This document shows positions 19,845 to 29,894 of a stretch of DNA of 64,000 nucleotides, in pieces. Each line of letters starts with the position of its first letter. Positions within the stretch are counted from its first letter, which is position 1. Source of the DNA: Methanobacteriota archaeon (GTDB lineage Archaea > Thermoplasmatota > Thermoplasmata > UBA10834); assembly GCA_020348345.1 (NCBI GenBank), contig CP070748.1, forward strand, positions 449,210 to 513,209. Reading direction: 5' to 3'. Below the pieces are notes generated by a model. It worked only from the letters and a program-made list of their open reading frames with translations, had not been told where the DNA came from and ran no database searches. The position numbers were made by a program, and so were the translations under genes.

Positions 19845-20273
19845 CTATGTCTTCTTCCTCTTCTTCTCCGCGTCCTCAATTGCCGCGAGAAGCTCCTCGA
19901 TCCTGAATGGCTTGAGAAGAAACCCCTTAGCTCCAGCTGCGAGAGCCTCTTTCTCTATGTGGAGGTCTGCACTTCCGAAGAAGATGGCGGCATCGGGGTT
20001 GATACGGAGGATCTCCTGAGTCGCACTAACGCCATCTCGGACAGGCATCCGCTGGTCCATGATGACCACGACAGGTTTCTCCTTCATCTTCTTGTACTTC
20101 CTGACCGCCTCCTCACCATCGGATGCGACTGCAACCACCTTGTGGCCGTGAGCTTCGAGGATGTCCCTGTACAGCTCAACAATGAATTTCTCGTCGTCTA
20201 CAAGGAAAACGGTGGCGATGCTACAACCTCCACTTGAACCGCGAAATGATACGTCGTTTTGATGCCCCGACAA
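19845..20273 (-). CDS. Stand-alone CheY-like response-regulator receiver domain
   Basis: VFLVDDE..., phospho-acceptor context VVIMDQRMPVRDG, and K in GFLLKPF; the start codon is uncertain. Confidence 0.75.
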   Translation of the reverse strand: MSGHQNDVSFRGSSGGCSIATVFLVDDEKFIVELYRDILEAHGHKVVAVASDGEEAVRKYKKMKEKPVVVIMDQRMPVRDGVSATQEILRINPDAAIFFGSADLHIEKEALAAGAKGFLLKPFRIEELLAAIEDAEKKRKKT

Positions 20274-20444
20274 TCACCAGACTGCTAGGATACGCAAATG
20301 GCCAGGCGGGATTATGCTAATTATACTGTAGCTTATATAATGATTTTCCTAATGTCGCGGAAGGCCTAAAACGCCCGCCAGTTGCCCCTCTGAGCCTGCT
20401 CAACACTTAAATATGAATACATGCCATTGAGCTTTCGGAGAATC

Positions 20445-20612
20445 ATGCCGAAGAACAAGAAGAACGAGGGATTTCACTCCGCCGCAGGTCTTATAAGGTA
20501 CTTCGATTCAGAGGATGACAAGGCGCTCAAGGTCAACCCCTGGGTTGTGGTCGGCCTCTGCATTGGGGTTTCGGCGCTAGTTCTGATCCTCGGCGCAATC
20601 TATCCGACCTGA
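20445..20612 (+). CDS. secG: Preprotein translocase Sec61beta (archaeal SecG) subunit
   Basis: MPKNKKNEGFHSAAGLIRYFDSED... followed by a single C-terminal TM helix; typical about 55 aa Sec61beta. Confidence 0.8.
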   Translation: MPKNKKNEGFHSAAGLIRYFDSEDDKALKVNPWVVVGLCIGVSALVLILGAIYPT

Positions 20613-20911
20613 TTCACGAGCGTTCTTGAGCAATAGGGCCGTAGAAAGGCTGGACGATGGGGCCTGTCACCGTTCATATCTGTACGTTGCAAGTTCGAAA
20701 TCTGACGAAAGGAATAAATATAATCGCCGCGCTCGCTCGACCGCTCGAGGCGTCGAACATGGTGAACAGGACGGCCGTGTTTGGTAGTCTTCATGCGTGA
20801 ACTCGCATGCATCAGTCCGACCTCTCGAGCTGTTGTTTGTCCGATGCAGAGGCCTAGCGGAAGCCACGTAGTTGGGGAAACTGCTTCGGCTAGCGATGGA
20901 TAGATGGAGGG

Positions 20912-21784
20912 ATGATGTTGACGTTGATGAGGATAGCTATACCGAACAAGGGAAGGCTGAGCCAACCTGCAGTTAAGCTCATGAACAGCATCGGCTTGCC
21001 AATGCCAGATTCCGGCAGCAGGACATTGATTGCAGAGTTTCGAAAAGGCAGATACCAGATACTTCTTGCGAGGGCACAGGACATACCTGAGTTCATCGAG
21101 ATGGGTGTTGCGGATCTCGGCATCACCGGTCTGGACCTGATATTGGAGACCGGAATGGATGTAAGCAAGGTCATGGAGCTCGACTTTGGTCGATGCAGAC
21201 TTGTTGCAGCGGTCCCTGAGGAATCGAAGATCATGAACGCGTCCGAGGTGAAGGATGGAAGCACTGTCGCCACCGCTTTCCCACAGCTCACGAAGAAATA
21301 CTTCGAGAAGCTCGGAAAGAAGGTGAAGATCGCTGGAGTGACAGGTGCCACGGAGGTCGCTCCAAAGATAGGTTTGGCTGACGTCATAACCGACCTCACT
21401 GAGACCGGTTCAACACTCAAACTCAATCATCTCCGAGAGGTGGGAGTAATGCTTGACTCCGTAGCCGTGCTCATTGCGAACAAGGAATCACTTGAGAAGA
21501 AGAAGGAGCGAATACAGGAGATAGTCAGCGCTATAGACAGCGTCATAGGCGCATCGAAGAAGAGGTATCTCATGGCAAATGTCCCCCGAAGCACACTGCC
21601 GAACCTCGAAAGCCTCCTGCCGGGCGTCTCCGGTCCAACGATAATGGATATCATCGGTCGGAAAGATATGGTTGCTATCCACGCTGTGGTCAACGAAGAC
21701 GAGGTGAACGGAATAATCGCCATTCTGAAGGATATTGGAGGCACTGGCATACTGATTTGCCCTATCGAAAGGATGGTATTGTGA
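20912..21784 (+). CDS. hisG: ATP phosphoribosyltransferase (long form with C-terminal regulatory domain)
   Basis: HisG pattern (RIAIPNKGRL, DLGITGLDL) plus a roughly 90 aa C-terminal domain. Confidence 0.9.
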   Translation: MMLTLMRIAIPNKGRLSQPAVKLMNSIGLPMPDSGSRTLIAEFRKGRYQILLARAQDIPEFIEMGVADLGITGLDLILETGMDVSKVMELDFGRCRLVAAVPEESKIMNASEVKDGSTVATAFPQLTKKYFEKLGKKVKIAGVTGATEVAPKIGLADVITDLTETGSTLKLNHLREVGVMLDSVAVLIANKESLEKKKERIQEIVSAIDSVIGASKKRYLMANVPRSTLPNLESLLPGVSGPTIMDIIGRKDMVAIHAVVNEDEVNGIIAILKDIGGTGILICPIERMVL

Positions 21785-21785
21785 G

Positions 21786-23072
21786 ATGTTGTCGTACGAC
21801 GTGGAGTCCGCTTCCATTGAAGAAATCGAACAGATAATGCGTCGCGGCCAGGCATCATTTCAGAGGTCCATCGAGCGAGCACGCACAATCGTCGAGGAGG
21901 TCCGCAAGGAAGGCGACGCAGCTGCCGTGCGATATGCACGCAAATATGACGGATTTGAGGGGCGCTCGTTCGCGGTTCCCGCCAAATGCATTGAAACCGC
22001 TCCGTCTCGCTTGCCACAACAGTTGGTTTCAGCGCTGAAGGAAAGCGCTAGACGAATTGCTGCGTACCATGAGAAGCAGATACCGGAAGAGTTCGAGTTC
22101 AAGGATTCGTGTGGCGTGTTGGGCCAGAAAGTAGTTGCGTTGGGTCGCGTGGGAATATACGCTCCCGGTGGCACTGCAAGCTACGCCTCGTCGGTATTGA
22201 TGGCCGCGGTCCCTGCAAGGGTTGCGGGCGTCAAGGAGATAATACTCTGCACCCCGCCTGGAAACGGCTGCGTTGATAACTCAATACTGGCAGCAGCAAA
22301 CATCGTTGGCATCAAGGAGGTCTATTCTATTGGAGGCGCTCAGGCCGTAGCCGCAATGGCATATGGAACCGAGACAATCAGGAGGGTTGACAAGATAGTG
22401 GGCCCGGGCGGTGCCATCGTGACAGCCGCGAAGCAACTTGTCAGAAAGGACTGCGACATAGATTTCCTGGCCGGTCCGTCGGAAGTTTTGATTATAGCAG
22501 ACAGCAACTCGGACTCCAATCTCTTGGCAAGTGAGATGCTCGCCCAGCTTGAACACGATACAGACGCTGTCGCCGTTTTGCTCTCCACCTCGAAGTCGAT
22601 CATCGAAGAAACCAAAAATCGATTCGAGGAAATGGCTAAAGGCGCTGGAAGGAGGCAGATCATAAGGAAGGCCGCAGAGAAGGGCGCGATCTTCCTGAGG
22701 GTTCGCAGCCTGCAGCAAGCTCTGCAGGTGTCTAACGACTTCGCTCCGGAACACCTTGTGATAGACACGAGGGAGCCTTGGTCACTGCTTGACGGAGTGA
22801 AAGCTGCCGGTTCCGTATTCCTTGGTCGCTGGTCGTCAGTCGCCTTCGGCGACTACTGTTCCGGCACCAATCATGTGTTGCCAACTATGGGCATGGCCCG
22901 GTCGAGCTCTGCTCTGTCGGTCAGCGATTTTGTGAAGATCGTTCCATATCAACAGATAACTCGTAAAGGCGCTGGTAGGTTGGCTCCTATTGCGGTATCT
23001 CTGGCCGAGGCCGAGGGATTAACGGCTCACGCGTCTGCGGCGAAAGCAAGAATACACGGTGGTGACGAATGA
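21786..23072 (+). CDS. hisD: Histidinol dehydrogenase
   Basis: HisD pattern (GRWSSVAFGDYCSGTNHVLPT, EHDTDAVAVL). Confidence 0.9.
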   Translation: MLSYDVESASIEEIEQIMRRGQASFQRSIERARTIVEEVRKEGDAAAVRYARKYDGFEGRSFAVPAKCIETAPSRLPQQLVSALKESARRIAAYHEKQIPEEFEFKDSCGVLGQKVVALGRVGIYAPGGTASYASSVLMAAVPARVAGVKEIILCTPPGNGCVDNSILAAANIVGIKEVYSIGGAQAVAAMAYGTETIRRVDKIVGPGGAIVTAAKQLVRKDCDIDFLAGPSEVLIIADSNSDSNLLASEMLAQLEHDTDAVAVLLSTSKSIIEETKNRFEEMAKGAGRRQIIRKAAEKGAIFLRVRSLQQALQVSNDFAPEHLVIDTREPWSLLDGVKAAGSVFLGRWSSVAFGDYCSGTNHVLPTMGMARSSSALSVSDFVKIVPYQQITRKGAGRLAPIAVSLAEAEGLTAHASAAKARIHGGDE

Positions 23073-24133
23073 CTTCCATTGGTGAGTTGAAAAGACGAAC
23101 GCTTGAATCGCTCAGCCGCCCTTCTTATTCTCTCAGGGATACCGAGCTGCTGATAATGAACAACAACGCAAACCTGTTCGGCATCAACCCCGCCGTGGAG
23201 GAAGTGGCAGAATCGTTTGACTTCGAGAAGCTGTGGGCCTACCCGAGCGAAGACTCCGATAACCTCAGGAACAGAATCGCATCTGATCTATCGGTTTCGC
23301 CCGACGAGATAATCGTTGGAAACGGCTCTGACGAACTCCTTGATATCGTATCAAAGACTTTCATCAATCCCGGAGATGTATTCTGCCAGGTAACTCCGAC
23401 ATTCAGGATGTACAAGTTCTACGCTGTGGTCAACATGGCGAGCGTGAAGGAGAAGGTGTTGTCCAATGGATTCACGCTGCCAGTACAGGAGATCATCGAC
23501 GAGCAGGCCAAAATCATCGCTCTGTGTCAACCCAACAACCCCACAGGCAATCTGTTTGCCAGAGGAGATGTCAAGCGTGTGCTGGACGAAAGCCCCGGCA
23601 TAGCGCTCGTGGATGAGGCTTACAACGATTTCTGTGGTTCCAACATGATCGATGAGGTGATGGAGTGCGAACGCGGAATCGATGTAAGAACCTTCTCAAA
23701 AGCCTATGGTCTCGCCGGCCTCAGGGCGGGATATGCGATAGCCAGAAAGGAGATCGTGAATGAGTTGAGGCGGGTGCGCACGCCTTTTGGCCTGAACGCC
23801 TTCACGGAGGCGGTGGCTGTGGCCGCGCTAGATCACAGAGATTGGGTCGATTCAAAGGTGCAGGAGATGAAATCTGAGCGGAAGTATCTCTCAGACAGGA
23901 TGACCAAGCTCGGCTTCACTGTGTATCCGTCGGAATGCAATTTCATCCTCTGCAAGTCGCCCATTAGAAGCGCGGATCTCGTGAGTTCACTCATGGAGAA
24001 GAAAGTGGCAATCAGGGACTTCGGATCGTATCCTATGCTGGATGATCACGTTAGGGTGACCATAGGGCCGAGGGAATACATGGACGTTCTGTTGGAGGCC
24101 GTCGAGCCAATGGTTGGCGGAAATCAACCATGA
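23069..24133 (+). CDS. hisC: Histidinol-phosphate aminotransferase
   Basis: Class-II aminotransferase; PLP lysine context (TFSKAYGLAGLRAGY); overlaps the hisD stop (ATGA). Confidence 0.85.
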   Translation: MTSIGELKRRTLESLSRPSYSLRDTELLIMNNNANLFGINPAVEEVAESFDFEKLWAYPSEDSDNLRNRIASDLSVSPDEIIVGNGSDELLDIVSKTFINPGDVFCQVTPTFRMYKFYAVVNMASVKEKVLSNGFTLPVQEIIDEQAKIIALCQPNNPTGNLFARGDVKRVLDESPGIALVDEAYNDFCGSNMIDEVMECERGIDVRTFSKAYGLAGLRAGYAIARKEIVNELRRVRTPFGLNAFTEAVAVAALDHRDWVDSKVQEMKSERKYLSDRMTKLGFTVYPSECNFILCKSPIRSADLVSSLMEKKVAIRDFGSYPMLDDHVRVTIGPREYMDVLLEAVEPMVGGNQP

Positions 24134-24729
24134 AGATAGCAATCGTTGACTACGGCGTAGGAAATCTACACAGCATATCGAAAGGACTTGAGCGAGCGGG
24201 GGCAGAGGCTCGTATTTCGTCCTCTCCAGACGAAATCGCGGAGGCGGAGTGCATCATCTTCCCTGGCGTGGGAGCGTTCGGAGCTGCTATGGACGTTCTC
24301 CGACCCGCAGCTGGCGCGATAAGATCGGCAATAGAGGGTGGAACGCCGACGCTCGGCATTTGCCTTGGTATGCAGGTGCTTTTCGAGAAGAGCGAAGAAT
24401 CTCCTGGCGACGGTTTGTCTGTGTTCAAGGGAACGGTCAGGCGGCTCAACGCTCCAAGGGTCCCTCACATGGGTTGGAACAACGTGTCTCACACGGATGA
24501 CGATGTATTCAACGGGATCAGCGGTGATGCGCAGTTCTACTTCGCCAATTCGTTCGTATGCGATCCGACCGAAAAGGTCACGATATGTGAGACAGTATAC
24601 GGTGAGAGGTTTCCTGCAGCGGTCAGGAAAGGCGTCATGTTCGGAACTCAGTTCCATCCGGAGAAGAGCGGCGAACCGGGTCTGAGACTACTCGCCAATT
24701 TCATCAGAATCTCGGAGGAATGCAGATGA
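24130..24729 (+). CDS. hisH: Imidazole glycerol phosphate synthase glutaminase subunit
   Basis: Class-I GATase triad context (GICLGMQ, ...H...E). Confidence 0.9.
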   Translation: MKIAIVDYGVGNLHSISKGLERAGAEARISSSPDEIAEAECIIFPGVGAFGAAMDVLRPAAGAIRSAIEGGTPTLGICLGMQVLFEKSEESPGDGLSVFKGTVRRLNAPRVPHMGWNNVSHTDDDVFNGISGDAQFYFANSFVCDPTEKVTICETVYGERFPAAVRKGVMFGTQFHPEKSGEPGLRLLANFIRISEECR

Positions 24730-25436
24730 AGATCATACCCGCGGTCGATATAAGGGGTGGTAAGGTCGTTCAGCTCGTTGGCGGGAAGCCAGGAACAGAA
24801 CGTTTCGCCATCGAGGATGCTACAGGAATTGCCCGTAGGTGGCAGGATGATGGTGCTGAGATAATACACATCATTGACCTCGACTCTGCAATGGGGGTCG
24901 GCAACAACGAAGAGCTGATTGAAAACATAATCGGCGCCTTGTCGATACCCGTCCAGGTGGGTGGAGGAATCAGGACCGCCGAGAAGGTACACAGGCTCTT
25001 TGAGATTGGCTGCGAGAGAGTCATTATGGGCACCCGGGCGATTCAGGAGAGGTCGTTCGCTGAGGAGATGTCGAGGCAGTACCCTGATGGCATTGTAGTC
25101 GCGCTCGACTCCGTTGCTGACAAGGTTCTCATCAAGGGATGGCAGGAGAGTTCGGGCAAGGATACCTACGCTGTGGCAAAGGACATCGAGACTCTGCCGA
25201 TATGGGGATTCCTGTTCACGAATGTAGAAGTCGAGGGACGACTGGAGGGAATAGATCCTATTTACATCGAGAAATTCATGAATACGACGAGGAAGCCCGT
25301 GATTGTATCTGGGGGCATCACGACTCGAGCCGACATAGAGACGCTCCAGCAGATGGGAGTGGATTCAGTCGTCGTTGGAATGGCAATCTATACCGGACGT
25401 ATCAACTTCAGGAGAGTCGTGAGGGAATTTTCATGA
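24720..25436 (+). CDS. hisA: ProFAR isomerase
   Basis: HisA/HisF TIM-barrel pattern (IIPAVDIRGGKVVQL, VGGGIRT). Confidence 0.9.
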   Translation: MQMKIIPAVDIRGGKVVQLVGGKPGTERFAIEDATGIARRWQDDGAEIIHIIDLDSAMGVGNNEELIENIIGALSIPVQVGGGIRTAEKVHRLFEIGCERVIMGTRAIQERSFAEEMSRQYPDGIVVALDSVADKVLIKGWQESSGKDTYAVAKDIETLPIWGFLFTNVEVEGRLEGIDPIYIEKFMNTTRKPVIVSGGITTRADIETLQQMGVDSVVVGMAIYTGRINFRRVVREFS

Positions 25437-25999
25437 CTTCGGATGCGCCTAAACGCAGATCAAGCTTAACCAGGGAAACAAGAGAGACAAAGGTGCAGGT
25501 CAGTCTTGTCATTGAAGGCGAGGGGAATATCAAATGCGATGTCCCAGACGAATTCCTTCGCCATATGGTCGAAACGTTGGCGAGATACTCCGGAGTTGAT
25601 ATGGACATCTCGGCCAGCGGCGACTTGGAGCACCATCTAGCTGAGGATGTGGCCATAACCATGGGACGCGCCTACAGGGAAGCCATCGGGAATGCTCCCA
25701 TCAGGAGAATTGCGAGCGCCGTTGTGCCTATGGATGAGGCGTTGGTCCAGGCAACGATCGACATCATTGACCGCCCGTATGCGCACTTGGAACTGCCCGA
25801 TGAGACATACTCACACTTCGTGAGATCATTCGCCATGGAATTAAGGGCGACCGTGCATACAGTCGTGCTGCGAGGGAAGGATGAGCACCACATCATAGAG
25901 GCGACGTTCAAAGCGCTTGGCAAGGCGCTCCATGAGGCCATGTCCAGAACGGGATCCATTCTCTCGACGAAATCGTCAGTCAAATGGGGTGTGGAATGA
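25433..25999 (+). CDS. hisB: Imidazoleglycerol-phosphate dehydratase
   Basis: IGPD pattern (RETKETKVQVSL..., HHIIEATFKALGKA). The ORF track extends upstream, but the Met at 25433 overlaps the hisA stop. Confidence 0.9.
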   Translation: MTSDAPKRRSSLTRETRETKVQVSLVIEGEGNIKCDVPDEFLRHMVETLARYSGVDMDISASGDLEHHLAEDVAITMGRAYREAIGNAPIRRIASAVVPMDEALVQATIDIIDRPYAHLELPDETYSHFVRSFAMELRATVHTVVLRGKDEHHIIEATFKALGKALHEAMSRTGSILSTKSSVKWGVE

Positions 26000-26763
26000 T
26001 GCCGCTCACGAAGAGGATAATACCCTGCTTGGACGTCAAGGACGGGGTTGTGGTTAAGGGGGTACGGTTCAAGGGCCTGACCGATGTGGGAGATCCTCCA
26101 ACGCTCGCAGTGAAGTATCAGGAACAGGGAGCTGATGAGATAGTGTTTCTGGATGTCAAAGCCTCGTTAGCAGGAGTCGAGACGTTAAGGGCGGCTGTCC
26201 AGAAGACAGCCGAGCAGCTCTTTGTGCCGCTCACAGTCGGAGGTGGGGTCCGAACGTTCGAGGATGTCAGAAAGATGCTGCGCGTCGGGGCAGACAAGGT
26301 CTCCATGAACACGGCGGCCGTATCGAACCCGTCACTGATAACCGAGTGTGCCGAGGCCTTCGGGAGCCAGTGTGTCGTTGTGGCGATTGATGCGAAGCGC
26401 GACGGGGACAGCTGGGAGGTCCACACCCACTCAGGCACAAGACCATCTCGGCTGGATGCAATCGAATGGGCCAAAGGGGTCTGCGAAGCAGGCGCGGGGG
26501 AGATTCTGCTGACCAGCATGGATTGCGACGGAGTCAGAGGCGGTTACGATATCGAACTCACCAGAAGAGTTGCCAGAAGCGTGAGCGTTCCTGTGATTGC
26601 GTCCGGCGGATGTGGCAGCATGGAGCACATAGCCGATGTGCTTTCTGAGGGCGAGGCGGATGCAGCGCTAGCGGCATCCATTTTCCATTACGACGAGCAT
26701 ACGGTTCTTGATGTTAAGAAGATGCTCGCTTCAAAGGGTATCCCCGTGAGGTGGTTTGGTTGA
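25996..26763 (+). CDS. hisF: Imidazole glycerol phosphate synthase cyclase subunit
   Basis: [11 protein letters not shown]...VGGGVRT...ASGGCGS pattern; start placed to overlap the hisB stop. Confidence 0.9.
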   Translation: MMPLTKRIIPCLDVKDGVVVKGVRFKGLTDVGDPPTLAVKYQEQGADEIVFLDVKASLAGVETLRAAVQKTAEQLFVPLTVGGGVRTFEDVRKMLRVGADKVSMNTAAVSNPSLITECAEAFGSQCVVVAIDAKRDGDSWEVHTHSGTRPSRLDAIEWAKGVCEAGAGEILLTSMDCDGVRGGYDIELTRRVARSVSVPVIASGGCGSMEHIADVLSEGEADAALAASIFHYDEHTVLDVKKMLASKGIPVRWFG

Positions 26764-27338
26764 ATCAAAGCAATGATCTGATGCCGGTAGTGGTTCAGGA
26801 TGTGAAGAACAACAACGTCTTGATGGTGGCGTTTACGAACGAAGAGGCGATGGAACTCACTAAGAAGACTGGCTATATGCACTACTGGAGCCGCTCCAAG
26901 CAGCGGATATGGAAGAAGGGCGGGACATCAGGCAATGTCCAGAAAGTGGTCGAGATACTTGGTGACTGTGATCACGACGCCATACTGGCGAGGGTTGAGC
27001 AGACCGGTGTTGCGTGTCATAATGGAACCTATTCCTGCTTCTTCAAGGATCCCTTGCCACCTAACGATATCATCTCCGAACTGTGGAGTGTGTTCGAAGA
27101 ACGCAGGAAGAGTCAATGCGAGTCTTCGTACACTTGCAGGCTCTTCAAGAACCGGAACCTACTGCTGAAGAAGATAGCGGAAGAGAGTTCCGAGGTCATT
27201 ATCGCCGCGAAGGACGGCAAGCGCGAGGAGGTAGTGAACGAGATGGCCGATCTCATGTACCACTTGATGGTCCTTCTCTTCGATGAGCGGATACCGATAC
27301 AGGACGTGTATCGTGAGCTGGAGGTAAGGAGGAAATGA
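26751..27338 (+). CDS. hisIE: Bifunctional phosphoribosyl-AMP cyclohydrolase / phosphoribosyl-ATP pyrophosphatase
   Basis: N-terminal HisI pattern ([16 protein letters not shown]...CDHDAIL...CH); C-terminal HisE MazG-like pattern ([17 protein letters not shown]). Confidence 0.9.
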   Translation: MVWLNQSNDLMPVVVQDVKNNNVLMVAFTNEEAMELTKKTGYMHYWSRSKQRIWKKGGTSGNVQKVVEILGDCDHDAILARVEQTGVACHNGTYSCFFKDPLPPNDIISELWSVFEERRKSQCESSYTCRLFKNRNLLLKKIAEESSEVIIAAKDGKREEVVNEMADLMYHLMVLLFDERIPIQDVYRELEVRRK

Positions 27339-28003
27339 GGGCAAGACGGTGCGACTTCCACACTCACACCACCTTCAGCGACGGCGCCCTTATCCCAATG
27401 GAACTCATACGACGAGTTGCCGTTGGCGATCACCGAGCCGTTGCCATCACGGACCACGTTTCCTTCTCGAACGTAGAGTGGGTCGTTCCTCAGGTCGCTA
27501 AAGATTGCGCCAGGGCAGACGCCTGGGACATCATCGCTATCCCTGGCGCCGAGATAACTCACGTCCCTGTGAAGTACATTGACGAGGCGGTCAGACTCGC
27601 ACGCAAAGCGGGTGCAGAGCTCATAATCGTGCATGGGGAGACGTCTGTGGAACCCGTCGAGCAGGGCACGAATGCAGCCGCTGCGGCTAACCCGGACGTC
27701 GATATTCTGGCTCATCCGGGAATGCTATCCTCAGAGGATGCGGAGGCTGCTGCAGACAACGGAGTCTATCTGGAATTGTCGTGCAGGAAGGGGCATTCGC
27801 GGTCAAATGGCCATGTGGCGTCGGTCGCGAAGGCCGTTGGCGCAAAGATTCTGGTCAACACCGATATGCACTCCCCCGAGGACATAAGCACAATGGCATC
27901 GGCGACCTCAGTAGCTCGGGGCGCGGGGCAGGATCCCGAGGCCGTCAGGGAGGCACTCGTCACGAACACCGAGGCGTTGCTCCGCAAACTCGGACACGCC
28001 TGA
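27335..28003 (+). CDS. PHP-domain phosphoesterase, probably histidinol-phosphate phosphatase
   Basis: Begins with the PHP motif [11 protein letters not shown]; lies at the 3' end of the his operon and overlaps the hisIE stop. Confidence 0.7.
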   Translation: MRARRCDFHTHTTFSDGALIPMELIRRVAVGDHRAVAITDHVSFSNVEWVVPQVAKDCARADAWDIIAIPGAEITHVPVKYIDEAVRLARKAGAELIIVHGETSVEPVEQGTNAAAAANPDVDILAHPGMLSSEDAEAAADNGVYLELSCRKGHSRSNGHVASVAKAVGAKILVNTDMHSPEDISTMASATSVARGAGQDPEAVREALVTNTEALLRKLGHA

Positions 28004-28006
28004 TGC

Positions 28007-28026
28007 GGTGATTATTAGAATCACCG
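28007..28026. promoter_or_regulatory. Perfect 8-bp inverted repeat (CGGTGATT-ATTAG-AATCACCG) between the hisJ stop and the nikR promoter
   Basis: Read directly from the sequence; followed by the AT-rich stretch TAATTTCCTAATAACTATGATATAGCC (candidate TATA) about 25 nt before nikR. Confidence 0.5.
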
Positions 28027-28079
28027 TAATTTCCTAATAACTATGATATAGCCTGAGCGTTCTTCAAAGGGTGAACGTA

Positions 28080-28472
28080 ATGATAGTTAGCTTATCCATA
28101 CCAGAGGAGCTGCTCGTAAGATTCGATGATGTGCTGAAGTCAAAAGGCTTCAACTCAAGATCCGACGCGGCAAGGGAGGCAATGCGCTCGTTTGTGGATG
28201 AGGCGGAGTGGGAAAGCCAGGACGGCGACAATCAGCTCGTGATTACGGCGATCTACAGGGAGCACGGTCCCCGAGGCGAGCTCTCCGTTCTCCAACATCG
28301 ATACGAGGAGATACGGATGATGCTACACCTTCACCTCGAACGCGATCAATGCATGGAGCTCATAATCGCCAGAGGGCCTAATTCCGTCCTCAAGGAGATT
28401 CTGACGAAGGTCAGGAAGGTAAGGGGCATCCGGTCCATCCGATTCATCTCCACCTCACTTCCAGTTGGGTAG
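28080..28472 (+). CDS. nikR: Nickel-responsive regulator NikR (ribbon-helix-helix plus metal-binding domain)
   Basis: N-terminal RHH (IVSLSIPEELLVRFDDVLKSKGFNSRSDAAREAMRSF); C-terminal H/C metal-site context (HLHLERDQCMELI). Confidence 0.85.
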   Translation: MIVSLSIPEELLVRFDDVLKSKGFNSRSDAAREAMRSFVDEAEWESQDGDNQLVITAIYREHGPRGELSVLQHRYEEIRMMLHLHLERDQCMELIIARGPNSVLKEILTKVRKVRGIRSIRFISTSLPVG

Positions 28473-28496
28473 TCGGAGAGGAGGCAGCCACCTCTC

Positions 28497-29702
28497 TCAC
28501 AAGATGGGGAACCAACCGCACGTGAGTGCATTCCACTCGTACAAGAAGTCCCCCCACGCCGTTTCGGAGGCGAACGGGACATTCGTCATGTAGTCCTCCC
28601 AGTAATATCTCCACTCCCAGTTATGGAATCCCCAGTACAGGGTCACGCCGCCGCAATCGGCCTTCTCCTCAGGGTTGTACATCGCGATGACCGAGTCAGA
28701 GATGCATTCCATCATCTCCTCGGTAGCGTCAATCAGCTCCTGGTCGCCAGCTATGGCCTCCATCGATATCAGGTGCCTGCCGAAGTCTACCATGTCAACC
28801 TGATAGTGCGGTATGCACGATACCCACTCACAGTCCCGCAGTACCATCCGATAGTCGTAGCGATAGGATTCCAGCCTATCCAGCATCAAGTCTGCCCAGT
28901 CGCCTATCACGCCCACGTTGTCGTGGATCGCACTAGTGTCGATTGCGCTAAGTGTCGCATACCATCCCCAGGTGATCTCTGAGTAGTAGGCCGCCCATCC
29001 GTCGATCATGTCAGACGCAACCAGTGCTGGCTCTCTGGATGGATCCTGAACGACAGGGGCGAACATAAGGTCGTATGGGAATCCGTTGCCCGCGACAAGC
29101 TCCTCCGACGCAACTACGATATCCACCAGCCCCGTCGTCGCTACTGAGTAGATGGTCTCGACGCTCGCCATCGCACAGGCATCGAAGGCGATGATGTCTA
29201 TGTGAACCTGCGCACCGACGATTGCCGCATAAAGCTCGTCGAGGTACATCCAGTCGTCCGATGTGTAGTCCCCGCAGAAGCCGTTCCATGCGCTTCCGTG
29301 GTCCCAGGCAATCACAACGAGATGATCCGAAGGGTATCTCGCAGTCACGTCGGACAACGCCCATTGTAGCGTTTCGTCATCGGCGAAGTTCATCTCTTCC
29401 AGAGTCTCGATGGCCTGCCATTCTCCACCTTCTACTTCGATTATCTGCGTTCCCTGTGTGCTCATGAGGTCCACATACGCGACGAACTCAACGTTGTCCG
29501 TCGCCGGAAGATTGAGGAGCATGGCGAGGCTTGCTTTGTCCCAGTAACTCTCAAGATCATTATCAGCCGCAACATATAGCATAACAGTCCAAGTATCCTG
29601 GTTGCTCGCTAATGAGCTCTGCTTTCCCTGGACAACACCCGCTGTAAGAAGCGAACTCACAGTAAGTATTGCCGCAAATCCGAGAATCCTCTTTGTGTTC
29701 AA
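28497..29702 (-). CDS. Secreted clostripain-like (peptidase C11 family) protein
   Basis: N-terminal signal/TM segment; His/Cys dyad contexts (VIAWDHGSAW and IIAFDACAMASVE); paralog of the adjacent gene. Confidence 0.6.
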   Translation of the reverse strand: MNTKRILGFAAILTVSSLLTAGVVQGKQSSLASNQDTWTVMLYVAADNDLESYWDKASLAMLLNLPATDNVEFVAYVDLMSTQGTQIIEVEGGEWQAIETLEEMNFADDETLQWALSDVTARYPSDHLVVIAWDHGSAWNGFCGDYTSDDWMYLDELYAAIVGAQVHIDIIAFDACAMASVETIYSVATTGLVDIVVASEELVAGNGFPYDLMFAPVVQDPSREPALVASDMIDGWAAYYSEITWGWYATLSAIDTSAIHDNVGVIGDWADLMLDRLESYRYDYRMVLRDCEWVSCIPHYQVDMVDFGRHLISMEAIAGDQELIDATEEMMECISDSVIAMYNPEEKADCGGVTLYWGFHNWEWRYYWEDYMTNVPFASETAWGDFLYEWNALTCGWFPIL

Positions 29703-29837
29703 TACGCTCCCCCCGAATCAGCATCTGAGTCCGATACTGACTCACACTCGATGCTCGAGGTTGTAGAAAAGGTTTGCCTACGTCAGAGTATTTAAGCAAT
29801 CATCGCAAGCAGTTGGCGTAACTGGCGAATTGAGGAT

Positions 29838-29871
29838 GGAAAAAGGTAGGAAGGGGGCGGAGCCCCTTTTT
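29838..29871. terminator. GC hairpin (GGGGC-GGA-GCCCC) flanked by oligo-A on one side and oligo-T on the other; potential bidirectional terminator
   Basis: 5-bp GC stem at 29854-29866 with TTTTT at 29867-29871 and AAAAA at 29841-29845; lies just 3' of the minus-strand gene that ends at 29895. Confidence 0.45.
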
Positions 29872-29894
29872 CGGTTGTTTGTATGCACAGCCCC

